Shown here: piece by piece, positions 27,001-40,181 of the stretch
Position numbering within the stretch: position 1 is the first letter of the stretch
How the letters are laid out: every line of letters starts with the position of its first letter
Origin: Bugula neritina
Taxonomy: Eukaryota; Animalia; Bryozoa
Assembly (NCBI GenBank): GCA_964035545.1
Contig: CAXIUT010000263.1
Location: 1 to 64,000, forward strand
Length of the DNA: 64,000 nucleotides
Direction: 5' to 3'
Made by a program: the position numbers and the translations under genes
Notes under the pieces: generated by a model
The model's database searches: none
What the model was told of the DNA's origin: nothing
Seen by the model: only the letters and a program-made list of their open reading frames with translations

Positions 27001-27786
27001 GCTGTTCTTTGATGATATTAGGTTTTGTTTTAGAATAAAGTAAATTCTAGTGTTTGATTTGTGTCGGTTCAGATCGATTGGTTTTCATCATCTATTTTTG
27101 TTGTTTAGGTATTTAGTTATTCAATGTTATAATGTTGGCGTCTTTTGTTGATTTTATTTATTTTGGTTGAATATTGCTATTCCTATTTATTTAGATTATA
27201 TTTTAGATCGATTTAATTAGAAATTTCCGACTCCTATTTATTTTGATTATTTTTTTTATTTTAAATCTGTTTTAAGTTACACAGTTCTAATGAAGGTCAT
27301 TTTTTTTATTTTTCCTGGACTATTTTTTCTAGATTTAGATTGAATGCTACTCTATCTAACTATCTTCTAATGTGCTTGTATTTATTGTTCTATGATTTTG
27401 GGCTAGGTTTGTCTGAGGATATCTCTAGTTTTTTAAAATTTTAATTTATCAACCCATTTCTTAGCCAATTCCTAATTCTATGCTCTAAATATCCAAATCT
27501 TCTCGAATTTCTTATCTTTATCTTAAACATTAAATCGAATACTCAACTACCTGCCACTCACCATTGCACTTTTAAACATCTGGATTGATATCTTTGATTT
27601 AGCTGATTCTATGTCACGAAAAGATGGACTATTTTTGGCATTGCTCAGGTAGCCAAAATGATGATTAGGATGTAAAAAAAATATTCTATCGTTATAAAGA
27701 AGACCACTATCGTTCTATTTCTATAAAGGTGACCAGAATAATGATTATCCTGATATTGTTGTCTAGATTATATCCGGCTTTTTCAT
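24059..27786 (-). CDS. CLU/TIF31-family (Clu-central + TPR) protein
   Basis: The Clu-central signature MHNRGINIRYLGH (~25720-25758) is followed by TPR-like helices. Confidence 0.75.
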
Positions 27787-27928
27787 TGAAAAAATAAAAA
27801 ATATTATTAAAATACCATCTTATTCAAAGTCATATATTAAATATTAAATATTCTATGTAAGAGATAATATTATCTAACTCATGAAAAGTGATTGATAGTT
27901 AATTAAATATTGAGTATTGAGTTATAAA

Positions 27929-28960
27929 TCAGTTCATATCTTTGAACACTCTTCGAGCATAAAAGAAAGCTCCTTTCATTCCTAGCTAAACCACTTTGCA
28001 CACAACAATCGGTATATTCTACACCAACTTCGCAGCTTCAGAATGTCTCTCCCGATATCCTTTAAACAGATCTCTTCCAACCAACTTCTTTAAACTTGAT
28101 TTTGTTATACTATTGACCAAGTACATTCCTCCTGGAACCAGATGTTGAGCTATGAAATTACTAATAGCTGCAGAATAGAGTTTGATAAATAGTTCAAAGA
28201 CAGAGGAGTAGATGCGAGGTGGGTTTTAGGTCATTGCTTCTTAGATTATTTTTTAAGAACTTGGTGTTGGTTATGATGCCTACTTGTCTTATGGATATTT
28301 TTGACAGTAAAATTTGAACATATATGGTAGACTTGGCCCACAAAATGCTCTTTCCATTGATATATAGTTAAACTTCCCTTCTTTCTTGAAAAATTAAAAA
28401 TACTCGCTGGTTTAACTATCTATTATTGGAAAATCAGTATGTCCGCCTTCAGATGGAATGACTACCACCTAATTTTTATCTTTAATTTTGATAGGATAGA
28501 GTATTGAATTTCCTAGACCTGTTCCTGGGCCCATGATTCCTCTGATTTTGTTTTATTTGATAGGCAATCCATTGATACTAACCAATTCTTCCTGAGGAAC
28601 AAGAAGAATACCATATGATGCTGCTTAGAAATCATTTAAGAAGACAAATCTTTTGAGATTGATATTTTTAGCCAATTAATTGCCATCTAGAACACCCCAT
28701 TTACCGACATTAGATAGGAAGACTGTATTATCTGTGATTGGCCCAGCGATTCCAACTACAGCTATTTCTGGGTAATTTTCTGGCGGGATATCTTTGAGAA
28801 AGGTTTAAATAGCTACTTGAAAGACATCATATTGTTTGACATCGTATTTAGATTCCTTGAGGGATTGTGGTTGATCAGATTCTAGATCGATCTTGACAAG
28901 TTCTAGTCTGATGTTTGTTCCTCCTACATCACCAATCATAGCTACCCGGTGTTTATCCAT
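27929..28960 (-). CDS. glk: Glucokinase, bacterial-type (Glk family)
   Basis: Motifs IGDVGGTNIRL, VGIAGPI, FLNDFEAASYGI, MGPGTGLG, PSEGGHTDF and SMERAFCGP. Intronless. Confidence 0.93.
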
Positions 28961-29041
28961 TTTCAACCAATAAAATATTAATAATAATCAACATTATTCT
29001 TGATGTTATTGTTAAAGATTTTATATACTTTTATGCAATTA

Positions 29042-29894
29042 TCATATATTACCCAGTTAGTTGTCTAATCTGACTTTGTCTGCTTCTGAAATATCCATAA
29101 AGGGATCGAAGAGAGGAGCATCAACATCGCACCATAAATTCTTTTGTTCTTAGTTGTTGTCTAATTTCTTCAAGAGCTATCTTGTAGTTTTACCTTTGAC
29201 GGCCAAATAGATATGAAATACCATAAGAACCAACATAGGCACAGCTATTATTCCAAATACTATCGAACATAGAATAATAGCCAAGGTAGAATCAACTCCT
29301 CCATCCTATCCAATTATAAAGTAGATAATAGTATTGATAACAGCAGTTGCTAAGGTGCACATTACCCCAGCAATGAACAACACAAAATATCGATAGTTTC
29401 TTCTACCCACGCAGTTGTTCACAAAAGGGCAGTGATGGTCGAATACTTCAACGCAGTTATTGCAAGTAGAACAGTGACTCGCTCGAGGTGGTCGAATTAT
29501 TTTGCAAGTTGTGCACTAACGAGAACCCTAGATGTCGCCATAGAGAAACGGACGGGAAGATTATGGGGAGAGGTACTAGAGGTATGGGCGACGAGGAATT
29601 ATGCCGGGATCTGTGCATGCTGTTAGATTGTAAAATATGCTGGTTACTATTATAGATAGGAAGAGGATGATTGGTAAAAATGGGGTTACTTAATGCCAGA
29701 CCTATGTCTTGAAATTGTTACCTACATGATAAAATTAATACCTTATTTAGTACGAAGATCGAGTATAGGACTACGACTATCAGGGCACAGACGTACCAGC
29801 AGAGGTTGGGTCCGCAATCTGTCAGAGGACCAGTGATGCAGCACCCGCAGAAGAAGCGATTGCGGCCTGGCCAAGTCTAGAACAGTTTAGGCAT
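29042..29894 (-). CDS. DHHC palmitoyltransferase (ERF2/ZDHHC9-like)
   Basis: N-terminus [10 protein letters not shown]; motifs [45 protein letters not shown] and TTRE. Confidence 0.93.
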
Positions 29895-29940
29895 TTGCTA
29901 TATCAATATTATAATATTAGAATAAACAATAGATATTTTA

Positions 29941-31706
29941 TCAACTAAGAGAAGATCGATGGGATGAGGCAGATTGAAAGACTGATCGGTCTTGCTAAAT
30001 TTGAATAAAAGCTGATATGGCTGTCAGAGGCCATTATTTCTCTATTACCTATTGGTCTGGTGTGATTTTGCAGCCTCTCCCAAAGATCTTTCCGTTCTGA
30101 AATTCTCCCTAGTAGATAGTTCCATCAATGAAAAACAGCTTTCCTCGACCGTGCATGTCTCCATTCCCCATTTCTCCTTCATATTTAGTCCAAAAGTTGG
30201 GTTTGCTGAACTAGGTGGGAGCATAGAGCACTCCCCATCCATTGGGCTAGTCGTTGGACCACTATCCTTGATATTATACTTTGCCATTAGGAAAGAACAG
30301 TTGTCCTTCACCATGCATGCGATCGTCTTTCCACCACCCCTCATAGTAGCTTCTGTCTTTGAAGCTTTCCACCACCCCTCATAGTAGCTTCTGTCTTTGA
30401 AGATGTACTTGCCTTTTCCGTGTTTCAAATCATTTTTTTTTTGACCAATATACTGGTTTCCATTCACATACTGTTCGTGCATATGAACTAGTTAATCTTA
30501 TTCTTAGAGTGCATATTAGCCTCCTCTGCAAAATTGTCTATCAGCCATGGACATGGACATGTTCGATGCTGATGATACTTTTCCAAAATCTCCTATCGAA
30601 TGTCTCGTCACATGTAGATATTTAGAAGTTCCTCCTTTAACTGTGCTTAATCTCAACTGCGATCCTGATTCTGATTTACTCAAAGGTTTTTAAATTAAGA
30701 CTTATAGTTAAGTAAAAGTAGGTCTTTTATGCACTTAAAAATGTAGCATTTAGTTGAGTAATTTATAGATTAATAGTCCATGTCTTTTTCTTGCGATATT
30801 GATTAAACCTTTGATTTATGATTTTTTCATGGCTTTGTTGTGGAAGTGATAGACTTCAAATGAAGAACTCATCACGCATAGATCCAATATAGACGCGCCT
30901 AGTGAAAATACACCAGCTTTGCCTCTATCTTAAACTGGCGCATTTTATTTCTTCTATAAAAAGTATTTGAATTCTTCAGGCGCCAGATAGATATCATGAT
31001 TTTAAGGCGATTAGTAATCTTTTTAAATCATGCATTTATAGTTACTGCTAATAGAGAGAAGATCGCCATCGATGGCTTTGACTTTAGATTATTTAGTGAG
31101 TGACTACATACCTACGAAGATGTGTGCTAGTCTGACTTTATCGTTGATGGATCCTTGTCTTTATAGAAAGGCATAGGCTCTAATGGTCGAAAAGATGACA
31201 TCGGCTATTTCAGTGGTAGTAAAATCAATTTTATTGAGTAATCTATTATTGAATTATCTTTTAAGCGACATCAATGGGTATTATAGTATCATCATTGATT
31301 TGCTAAAGTTATTTATCATCCCATCGATTCTCTTCCCAAATACTTATATCTATATTACGATATTGAGTACTATTCTTAGCAAATTTTATTGTTATAACTG
31401 ATTTCTTTTTTTATCTTTTAACCGCTACACTGTCTAGCGACATGCTGCATCGCTTTTGTATTATTTTTATTGGAGAAGAAAAAGTGATCCGTTTTATAGT
31501 TATTATAGTACTGTACATCGTCCCATGAATTTGTCGTTGTAATTAGTTACGAATTTATATTTCTAATGAAGAGATATCTAGCTGCCTGTTTGATAATTCG
31601 GTTGATAAAATGGATTAAATCGCTTTTTCTAACGAGTTGCACGGGGTAGCTAGAGATCTTCGTCTATGTTGTCCTGGGAACGGCATTTTGAAGTTATCAC
31701 ACCCAT
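29941..31706 (-). CDS. Pseudokinase + MORN-repeat protein (frameshifted by a 38-bp duplication)
   Basis: MG- start; degenerate kinase fold (SINDKVRLAHIF, KAIDGD, YLAPEE, KAGVFSLG); MORN repeats YIGQKKNDLKHGKG and YEGWWKDDRMHGEG. Confidence 0.8.
30327..30402. repeat. Perfect 38-bp tandem duplication
   Basis: ctttccaccacccctcatagtagcttctgtctttgaag occurs twice in tandem. Confidence 0.95.
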
Positions 31707-31868
31707 TAAATATTATTATCTAAACTATCACTCACATTCAAATCAACTATATTAGTTTATGAACTCATAAAATAATATAGATATTAGATATTTAGTATTA
31801 TTCAATATTAGTTAATATATTAGTTAATATATTAGTTAGAAATAGTATTAGATGATTTTAATGATATA

Positions 31869-33128
31869 TCAGATGACATACTATGGTTGTTAGTTGATAA
31901 TTTTAGTTAGGTCCCAGACAGTTAGCTTCCCATTAGCAAAGGTCCCAATAACTGCACTTCTACTTGCCCCAAAAGAATATATATCTTCGATAAATACCCC
32001 ATCGAATTCTCTAACAACCTTCAACTACTTAGATAATAGCACCATTTTGTTACTACTAGCCAAAACTACTAAAGTTTTCATTCTTTAATTTTGACCACGA
32101 GTAGTCAAAACAACGCTATATTTGGGTTGATCCAAATTGACTTCATAGCAGTCGATAGTTGTCTCTTGCGGGTGGGATGGAGTAGACAAAGACCAGAATT
32201 TGATTGTTTCCTGGTCATGAGTGATAGCCAATGCGTATAGACCAAGGTTATCGATAGACGAATTGTAAGGCTTTTAAGATAGAGTTAGATGATAAGATTT
32301 AATAACTTTGCCAAACGAGTGGTCTTTATTTGCTACTATCTCAAAGGTTTTGACCTAGCTGGTCCATCCGCGAACCATTATCAACATGCCACCATACCTG
32401 ACATCATAGTGCTAGATCTGATAAGTTCCAACAGTTGATAGTTTTTATCCTTTCATTGACCACACATTTATAGAAGTATCTGATTCCATCCCGCTACTCA
32501 CTATAAACTGCTATCCTTATGGAACCATCATACTTCCTTGATTGCTTTTGAACAAATTTCTTCCGAATTTATTTATCTACTTGAAATATATTCCCCCTTC
32601 TCCACCTTTGAATTCATAGTATACGATTGTTTTCTCAAAATTGAGACAAGCGAAATAGTAGTTTTAACTGATAGCTACTGCAGTGGCAGTGTTGTTATCT
32701 AGTGATGTAAAAAACTGATCAGAACAAGTCGTGTGAGCCTTCCACTTGCGTACATCGAATAAAATCAACTCATTACGAGAATTACCTAAAAGAATTTTAG
32801 AATTTTTAACTGTCAAAGCTGTCACACTACTTGTACTCTTACCACTGCGCAAACTAATCAACCCATAGTAGTTTTACTTGTAGATCTACTACAACTATTT
32901 ATTGGTCTTTATGTCAGTTGAATTTGAAGTAGTTGGCTCAATTTTTTTCTTCTTTTTCTTCTACTTACTTGGCTTCTTTACTTCTGGCTCTTCCATTATC
33001 AGAACCTCACTTGTTTCCTTGGTTGATTTTTAGGAAGATTAGTTTTAAGGTTCTTTCGATTTTTTACATACCAGGATAAGAATGATGAGTACTGGAAGGG
33101 CGATGGCTGCAGCAAGTGTCAAATCCAT
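31869..33128 (-). CDS. N-terminally membrane-anchored WD40 protein (TBL2-like)
   Basis: TM segment MDLTLAAAIALPVLIILILV, a Lys-rich linker, then WD40 repeats (SIYVWSMKG, IKFWS, LTVWD). Confidence 0.7.
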
Positions 33129-33306
33129 TTAAAACTAATGTTTAAATAATATACGTATCAAATATATTTAAAAAAAGAATTTATTTAGATTTTATATTTC
33201 AAAGAAGAGAACATTAGCAAATTGGATATCTATTGAGATTGATGATTTAAGTTAGAAGTTATGGATTAATAAAAGTATTATATATTAAGTTAGTCTTTGA
33301 TTGTTG

Positions 33307-34090
33307 ATGAACGACGGGAAAAAGCGAAAAGCCCAAAAGCACAAAAACAAAGCAGCTTTTAAGATCCAATTTGATCCTTTGGCTCAATAAGTTCATAAAA
33401 AAGTGTCCCATCGCGGGTACATCTTCTTCTACTTAGTCTATGCAAGCGTTGTATCGAACAGCTCTAGTGGAAAATAACCTACAATAAATATAAAAAGATG
33501 ACAGAAGTTGCCAAATGTACCTTTTGTCATCAAAGAAATATATTCCGGTCTTACATGCGTGCTTGTGATTCGTGTTCTTAGTAGAAGGGAGTTTGTTGTA
33601 AATGTTTGGTTTCTGAAGGTGAGAAAGAGGTGAAACTGACTTAGAGCTAGACAAAGAAGCAAGAGGAGCTATCTGAGAGAAGAATGAATGATTTTTTGAA
33701 GACTTTGAGGGAGAGATCTAGACGAACAGTGAAGAGGCTGTATGAGAAAGGAAGTATTTAGTGGAAAGATTAGGAAAATAAATTTGTTGATTTGGATGGA
33801 AATACACTTAGTTTACAATTTAGACATGGCTATGGAGATACTAGTTCAGCTGGAGGGGATTAAAATATGAGTGATGATGATTTTGGATCTGAAAACGAGA
33901 TTGAGGATTAAAAAGAAGATTAGAATGAAGAAAAGGAAAAGGAAGAATAAAAAGAAGATTAGAATGAAGATAATGAGTAAGAGTAGTAGAAATAATAAGA
34001 AATAGATGAAGAAGATGCATAGAATGCTGATTGCTTGTAGAATAAATAGCCAGTGAAATAAGAAGAAACCAATGGTTAAAAGCCAACTGA
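33307..34090 (+). CDS. C9orf85/DUF2039 zinc-finger protein with acidic tail
   Basis: AQKHKNKAAFK...GLCKRCIEQLEWKITYNKYK...KCTFCHQRNIFRSYMRACDSCSEEKGVCCKC. Intron at 33417-33436. Confidence 0.88.
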
Positions 34091-34196
34091 ATAGTTGTAA
34101 GCGTCTCTTATCAAAACCAAATAAGCAAATTAAAAATGATCTTTTATGATATTGATAATAAATGATATTGATAGACGAACTTCCAAGCATATTTTA

Positions 34197-34300
34197 GGGG
34201 GTTGGGGTTGGGGTTGGGGTTGGGGTTGGGGTTGGGGTTGGGGTTGGGGTTGGGGTTGGGGTTGGGGGTTGGGGTTGGGGGGGTTGGGGTTGGGGTTGGG
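34197..34300 (+). repeat. Internal telomere tract (GGGGTT)n, ~103 nt, with G5/G7 variants
   Basis: G4T2 repeats ending TTGGG. Confidence 0.96.
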
Positions 34301-35829
34301 CTATTCTTCAAATCGACCGCCACTCCTCAGTCATCACATAGCATAAAAACCTACCATAAACCAACTACAATTCAGACACTCCTCACTTCTTTAGCTGTCT
34401 ACTAGGCATCATCAACCTCTCCAACAAAAGGGCTTTGTTTTTGGCTTAACAAGTGTGCATAGTTGGCAGCATTGGACAGAGAGACATATTTAAAATAGTA
34501 AAGCCTATTTATTTATTTTATCGACAAGAGCACAAAAGTATGTTAAATTAATTTTAGGCCTAAATGCTAATTGATATCAATAGCATATACTAGCAAGATA
34601 TGTACTTTTCATTTTCTTATGATTTAGCATCGAAGTTGAATACTCAGCAAAGTTGTTAGGGTCAGAGGGAGTTCAATTGGTCTGGACACTTGCAAAGCTA
34701 GTTCAAACATGTGGATAAGGCTTGGAGTTTATCAGTTATTCAAGGATTTGTAGGCAGGCTATAGCTGCATATAAATGGAGTTAAATTATTTCTAATTTTG
34801 ATTAGTCGTCGCTCAATTCGAAGAGGCGGCACTCAAACCTACGCTCGGGGACTTGACTCATCGGGTAATGCTGGCAATTATGTCTAAACATAGCAGATAA
34901 TAATAATGCGATAACATTATTTTTCATTTTTGATGGTGAGGGGTACTGTTCCTTTGTTTTGGAAGGAGGTTAGTTCAGGGTATGGATTTTCTGCAATAAG
35001 ATGTTAAAAATCAGTATAGGAGAATTAAAAAGCTTTTAAGAAGCATATTTAGATGATATTTAAGTAAACAAATTCAAAAGATGTATTTTTAGTAAACTTG
35101 CTATCACTGGGCAGATAATAGCAAAAACTGATATAAAACTATGAATACCTTATTAAAAAATTAAATAAGTAGTTGACCTAGGAATAGATAGGTTGTTAGT
35201 TGCATTATTTATATTTTGATTTGCATGGTCAATGTCCGCATTCTTAGTATAGTAGATTAAATACTTTTTTATAGAAAGAAATAGGGTAGAGTGTTAGATA
35301 TTGTGGATTTACTGTTTTACGAGTTAAATCTTAATAGAAGAAGATGGAGTGGATAAGTAATCAAAATGGTATATTTAGAGTTAATTGCTATAATTGTATT
35401 GATAGAACTAATATTCTGCAAAGTAGAATTGCTGCTCTAAAACTTATTTAAATACTTAAATATCTCAACATATAAATACACTAGTTTAAAGAAGGATTGA
35501 ACTTTTTCAGTAAAAATTCTGCCTTTTCTAACCTATACAGAAATCTATGGGCTGATAATGGAGATGCCCTCTCCAAACAGTACACTGGAACTGGATCTAC
35601 CTAATCTTTTGCAGTTAGAAAAGGAAAACTGTCATATTTGACCATCTTAGACCACGGAATGAAAAGCATATCAAGAGCTATTAGTAAGATTAGAAATGGG
35701 GATTTAAAAAAATAATAAGCTATTTGCTTTATTGTTGGAAATCAAATGGAAAAATAATAAAATAGTAATTAAAATGTTGATAAATAGATGTAAAATGGAG
35801 ATAATAACTATCATAAACTGTAATCTTGA
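34300..35829 (+). CDS. SAC1-family phosphoinositide phosphatase, 5'-truncated
   Basis: Begins AILQIDR...LLGIINL with no ATG. Contains LISRRSIRRGGTQTYARGLD, RGTVPLFW, GIFRVNCYNCIDRTN and WADNGDALSKQYTGTGS. Confidence 0.9.
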
Positions 35830-36027
35830 TATTTAAACAATGACAGTTACTTATTATTTGATTTTAATGAGTTAAATAGTTTAAAATTTATGATAAAAAA
35901 CAACTAAATAATGTTTCTTTTTGATATGATTAAAAGTAGCTTTTGTTTAAATCTGATTTAAATTGATTGATCCCACAAAAATACAATTTATTAGCAAAAG
36001 TCAAAATAATGCCTATTAATAATCAAA

Positions 36028-37223
36028 ATGAGTCAAAATAATCCATTGGACTAATCTATTACTCTTGACAACTACCTCCAAATCACCAAACGATAGTCTC
36101 TAACTCTCAAAAAGAAAAGAAAAGAATAAAAACCACCTCGGAAATGTAGTACTCAACTTTCGATTTCTTCATGGCTGCATCAAGGCCCAACCCAACAATC
36201 TCCCATGTACTCCTCTTAACACTCAGACTCACTCTTGATAAAAGTTTGATGCTGAAAGTGTACAGCTATCTGAGACTATCGTAGCTAGTTATTGCTTCTA
36301 AAGTCTGTTCGTACTTTTTGACTTGCTATCGATCTCTATGGACGGATAAATAATTTTTTGGACAATTGTAGACTGATAAGTTTACTTCAGAGGAGTTGAG
36401 CAAAGTGATAGTTTGTTCTAGGTTGGACCATATCAGACAGTTGAGGCAGTTGTATTCGGGCAAAAATATAAGATTTTGTCGTGAGAAGTACTTGTGGTTA
36501 TAATAGAATCAAAATAAAGACAGGAAGCGGGACACCCAATACCGGTGGAATGCTATAGATATTTTCGATTAAGCCAAAAACCCAACACTCCGGTTCAACT
36601 TTCATCCTAGATTCTCATCTATCGTCTGTAATTACTTCATCATTCCGTTCCTTGAAGATAATCTAGCTAGTAAAATGTCAATTTCTCAAAGATTTTACAC
36701 CCATAAGTCGATGTCTAGAACTGATGAAGTTAGTTATCACTTTCAATGAGTAACTCATGGGTTATTTAGCTATTTCAAGAATGAAGATTTAGGAACGATA
36801 TGCAAACGGTGTGGATTGTTGTAGGTTGTTGTGTTGGAGGGGTGTAGGGGATTGGATTAGAATATATTTGAGGGACTGAAGAAGTTGGAAGGGCTGAGAG
36901 TGTTGACTGTTAGACAATTTAGACAGAGTTTTAATAAAATTTAACAACTAAAAAATAACTAACAACTATAAATACTTGATCTCGAAGGTTCCTTTATAAA
37001 TGACATGGAAGCATGTAAGTTAATTAAATTACAACGAATGCGTCATTTATCCCTTCGCAGTATTAATATTACTATCTTAGACTGTATTCTATTGACTGAT
37101 CAATTTTTGGACTATTGGACTTTAAATCTTTCAAAAACAAACTTATAATCAATATGTCTGGCAGGGTGTCAACTCGATTAGTAAAAAATATCTTATTTTC
37201 TCTCTTTATTGCCTTCAAAATGA
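36028..37223 (+). CDS. Leucine-rich-repeat protein (F-box/LRR-like C-terminus)
   Basis: LRR-like segments LEILDLEGS, MRHLSLRNC and LESICLAGCQL; short introns. Confidence 0.6.
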
Positions 37224-37321
37224 TAGTCTATATGTATGCTTATTAATGATACTTAATTTTATGGTCGTTTTGAAGTGGTTATATGTGAGATGTTTATGAG
37301 TGGGTTTATATTAATTTAGCA

Positions 37322-38143
37322 ATGAAAGGGAATTGCGGGTTTATGAGAAGTAGCAACCTGAATTTGTACGATGCCTTTGAGTAGTTGAAGAAAGGATGGG
37401 GCAAAGAGGATAAGAAGGGGAAGAAGAAATGTCGAAGTAAGAGTAAAAGCAAAGGACAAAATAGCAATGTTATTCATCCTGCTAAAAGGAAATAAAACAA
37501 AACTAACAAAGTCACTAAATCTAAAAAGAAATCATAACATTAATCTGACATTTTTGGCTATTTCAACCAGATCATAACCTCCCCACTCTACCAACATCTA
37601 AACTCTCAATACACATCGCTAAAACAGCAAACAAACGAACAGACCTACAGCATAAAGCAGGAAATCGTCGACCTGAACCACTCAATCACAAGAGGTCAAA
37701 TGCAACTGATGTCCTTGATCAATCTCAAAGAGACACTGCTTTCAGAGGTAAACTACTTGATCGATGTTGAGGAGGAAGTCAGGTTGAAGAATTATGAGTT
37801 GAGATGTGAAGTTAATGAGAGGAGAGGGTATCAAGGACGATCGATATATGATTCACAGCCTGAATTTGATAGTTAGATGGACTACTAGGAAATAATGGAA
37901 TGGGAATAACAACTAGGAGTAGTCAATGTTGGATATTCTGATGAAGTTATTGCTAAAATGACAACCAAACTGTATTGTTTATAAAATTAGCAAGACAAAT
38001 GTTGTATTTGCTATTAGCTATTTGAAAAAAGCGAAAAGATCCATCAAACTAACTGTTGCCACTCATACCACCCAACTTGTTTATCGAAATGGCTAAAACT
38101 AAGAAAAGAGTGTCCCCTATGTCGATCAACAATACTGCTCTGA
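37322..38143 (+). CDS. C-terminal RING-H2 E3 ligase
   Basis: YEEIMEWEEQLGVVNVG...CCICYELFEKSEKIHQTNCCHSYHPTCLSKWLKLRKECPLCR. Confidence 0.9.
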
Positions 38144-38319
38144 TCATGATACTTATCTTATTATCTGTTAATTAAATTATCTTATTATCTGTTAACTATA
38201 TTATCTTACTATCTGATATTTCGAATATCTTATTATCTCATGATTCAATGATCTTATCTCTGATAGCTATATTTTATATCACATCATGATTATATTATTT
38301 AAGGATTAAGGTATTGATA

Positions 38320-39222
38320 TCACCATCCTTTGACTGGATTTTAATATTTATTTTATTTGTTATTATTTTTATCAACAAATGTAAATTTATGATATATTTC
38401 TTATCTTTTTTTTAGTAGAAATTTATCTGTTCTAAAAACAAGAGGTTATTGTTTGATTCTTTAATCTTATGTTTTATATTACTTTCTTATAGTTGTATAA
38501 ATATCTTTATTACTATATGGCTTATCTTCTTACATCTTCATTTTTTTACGTCTCTCTACTAGCTACCTAAATTATTATTCACTATTGTTGTCCAAATCTT
38601 ATGGACTTAGCTTCTTCATTAGCAAGTAACATATTCTTTATTAATTTGGTTCTTACTATACATCATTATTGTTTTATTTTATTATAGTTTTAGTTGTTTT
38701 TTTATTCTATTTATTTTTAACTACTTTGCATCTGATATTCAATAGTTTTTGTATTAATTTTTTATTATTTTAATCTTAATTATTAAACACACTATGTCCC
38801 TTTCTAGCATTAGATCTTGTTCCTATTATCTACTAATTTTTAAGATACTGATATATTTCTGTCAATTTCATTGGTGATGTATTTTTTCTTATGTTTTTGT
38901 TACTTTTTGCTTAACTATTCGGTCGCATCTTCCCCATCATTTACTTATTACTCTGACTATTATTTTATGTTATCCTATCATTGTATCTTTTATCTTATTG
39001 CTTTTGTCTTGCTATTGTTGTTTTTTATGTTCTTTTCTTTTAAAAACGATTTCCTTGTGAAGATTTTGATGATATATGGATTGAGGTTGGTTTGGTGGAG
39101 TGATGACGGTAGTGCTAGGAAGATGAAATGAGTGTCTTTTTGATGAAGGATGGGGGAGATGAAGTTGGAATAGTTACCACTGAGTTGTGAGATAAATGAA
39201 GGTCGTATTTTCTTTTATCCAT
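38320..39222 (-). CDS. Coiled-coil hypothetical protein
   Basis: Open E/K-rich frame from MDKRKYDLHLSHNSVVT... to PVKGW*. Confidence 0.6.
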
Positions 39223-39488
39223 TGATATAAAGTTATTATGATTTGATCTATATCAAACTATTACCTTCAATATTGCTATAAAATCAAATATATATTGATA
39301 TTCTCATCTCATATATATAATATAAACATATATATAGTATGACATAGATAATGATTTTATCAATAAGCTATATTTTGGTCATAGTGATATAGAATAGTTA
39401 CTATGGCATCTGCTTCTATCTTATTTTTTGTTATATTTAGTTAATTTGCATTCTTCAGTATTGAAATATCAATATTATAATATTAATA

Positions 39489-40133
39489 ATGGATCAAGGC
39501 CGCATGTTATTAGATAACTATGATTTTTAGGATCTTCCTCTTCCATAACTCTACTACTAAAGTTCTGAATAGGATTTTAATCAAATTTAGTCGAATCTTT
39601 AACAAAAAAATATTGAAAATACTTAAACTCTTTTGCTGAAATAAGACCTAAAAACTATTTAAATCCTATCATAAGATCTCTTTCATCATCAATCGTCTGT
39701 TTCTGCTAGAGATGGTTATAAAAAGCAAAGAAAGTTAATATTTTCTGATCTTCAGTATTAGACAAAAAAGAGGATTTAAAGGGGAAGTAAAGATGATACG
39801 GTTCTTCTGAATACAAATTTCAAAACTATCATTTTAAACTATTTCCATGAAAAACACCTCTTAAACTAACTTACCTTTACAGAACAACAGTAAATCATGG
39901 AATTCAGTAGAAGATCGCCATCTTTCAGATCTTTATATCTTCTATGCAAAAACAGAAAAGCATCAACTCTTCACAAACAGCTATTGGATTTGATTGAGTC
40001 AGGAAGGATGTTAAAATCGATCTTGCGTGGTCAATGCAAGATTTAAAATAAAATCATGATGATAAAATTTGTATAAACATTGAGGTTAAATGTAGTCAGT
40101 GGGAGAGTGGTGAGATGGAAAGATAGAATTTGA
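39489..40133 (+). CDS. Hypothetical protein
   Basis: Open frame from MDQGRMLLDNYDF... to VRWKDRI* under TAR=Glu. Confidence 0.55.
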
Positions 40134-40181
40134 AAATGATTGTCATTTTCTTTATATTGATATGACTATAACTACATAAAA

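Noticed and set aside
34146-34405. Poly-GW/GL ORFs (also the poly-GL/PN ORFs at 46515-46763)
   Set aside because: These are translations of telomeric repeats. The ATG at 46531 is not in frame with the LRR-IQ gene, so it does not rescue that gene as a fusion.
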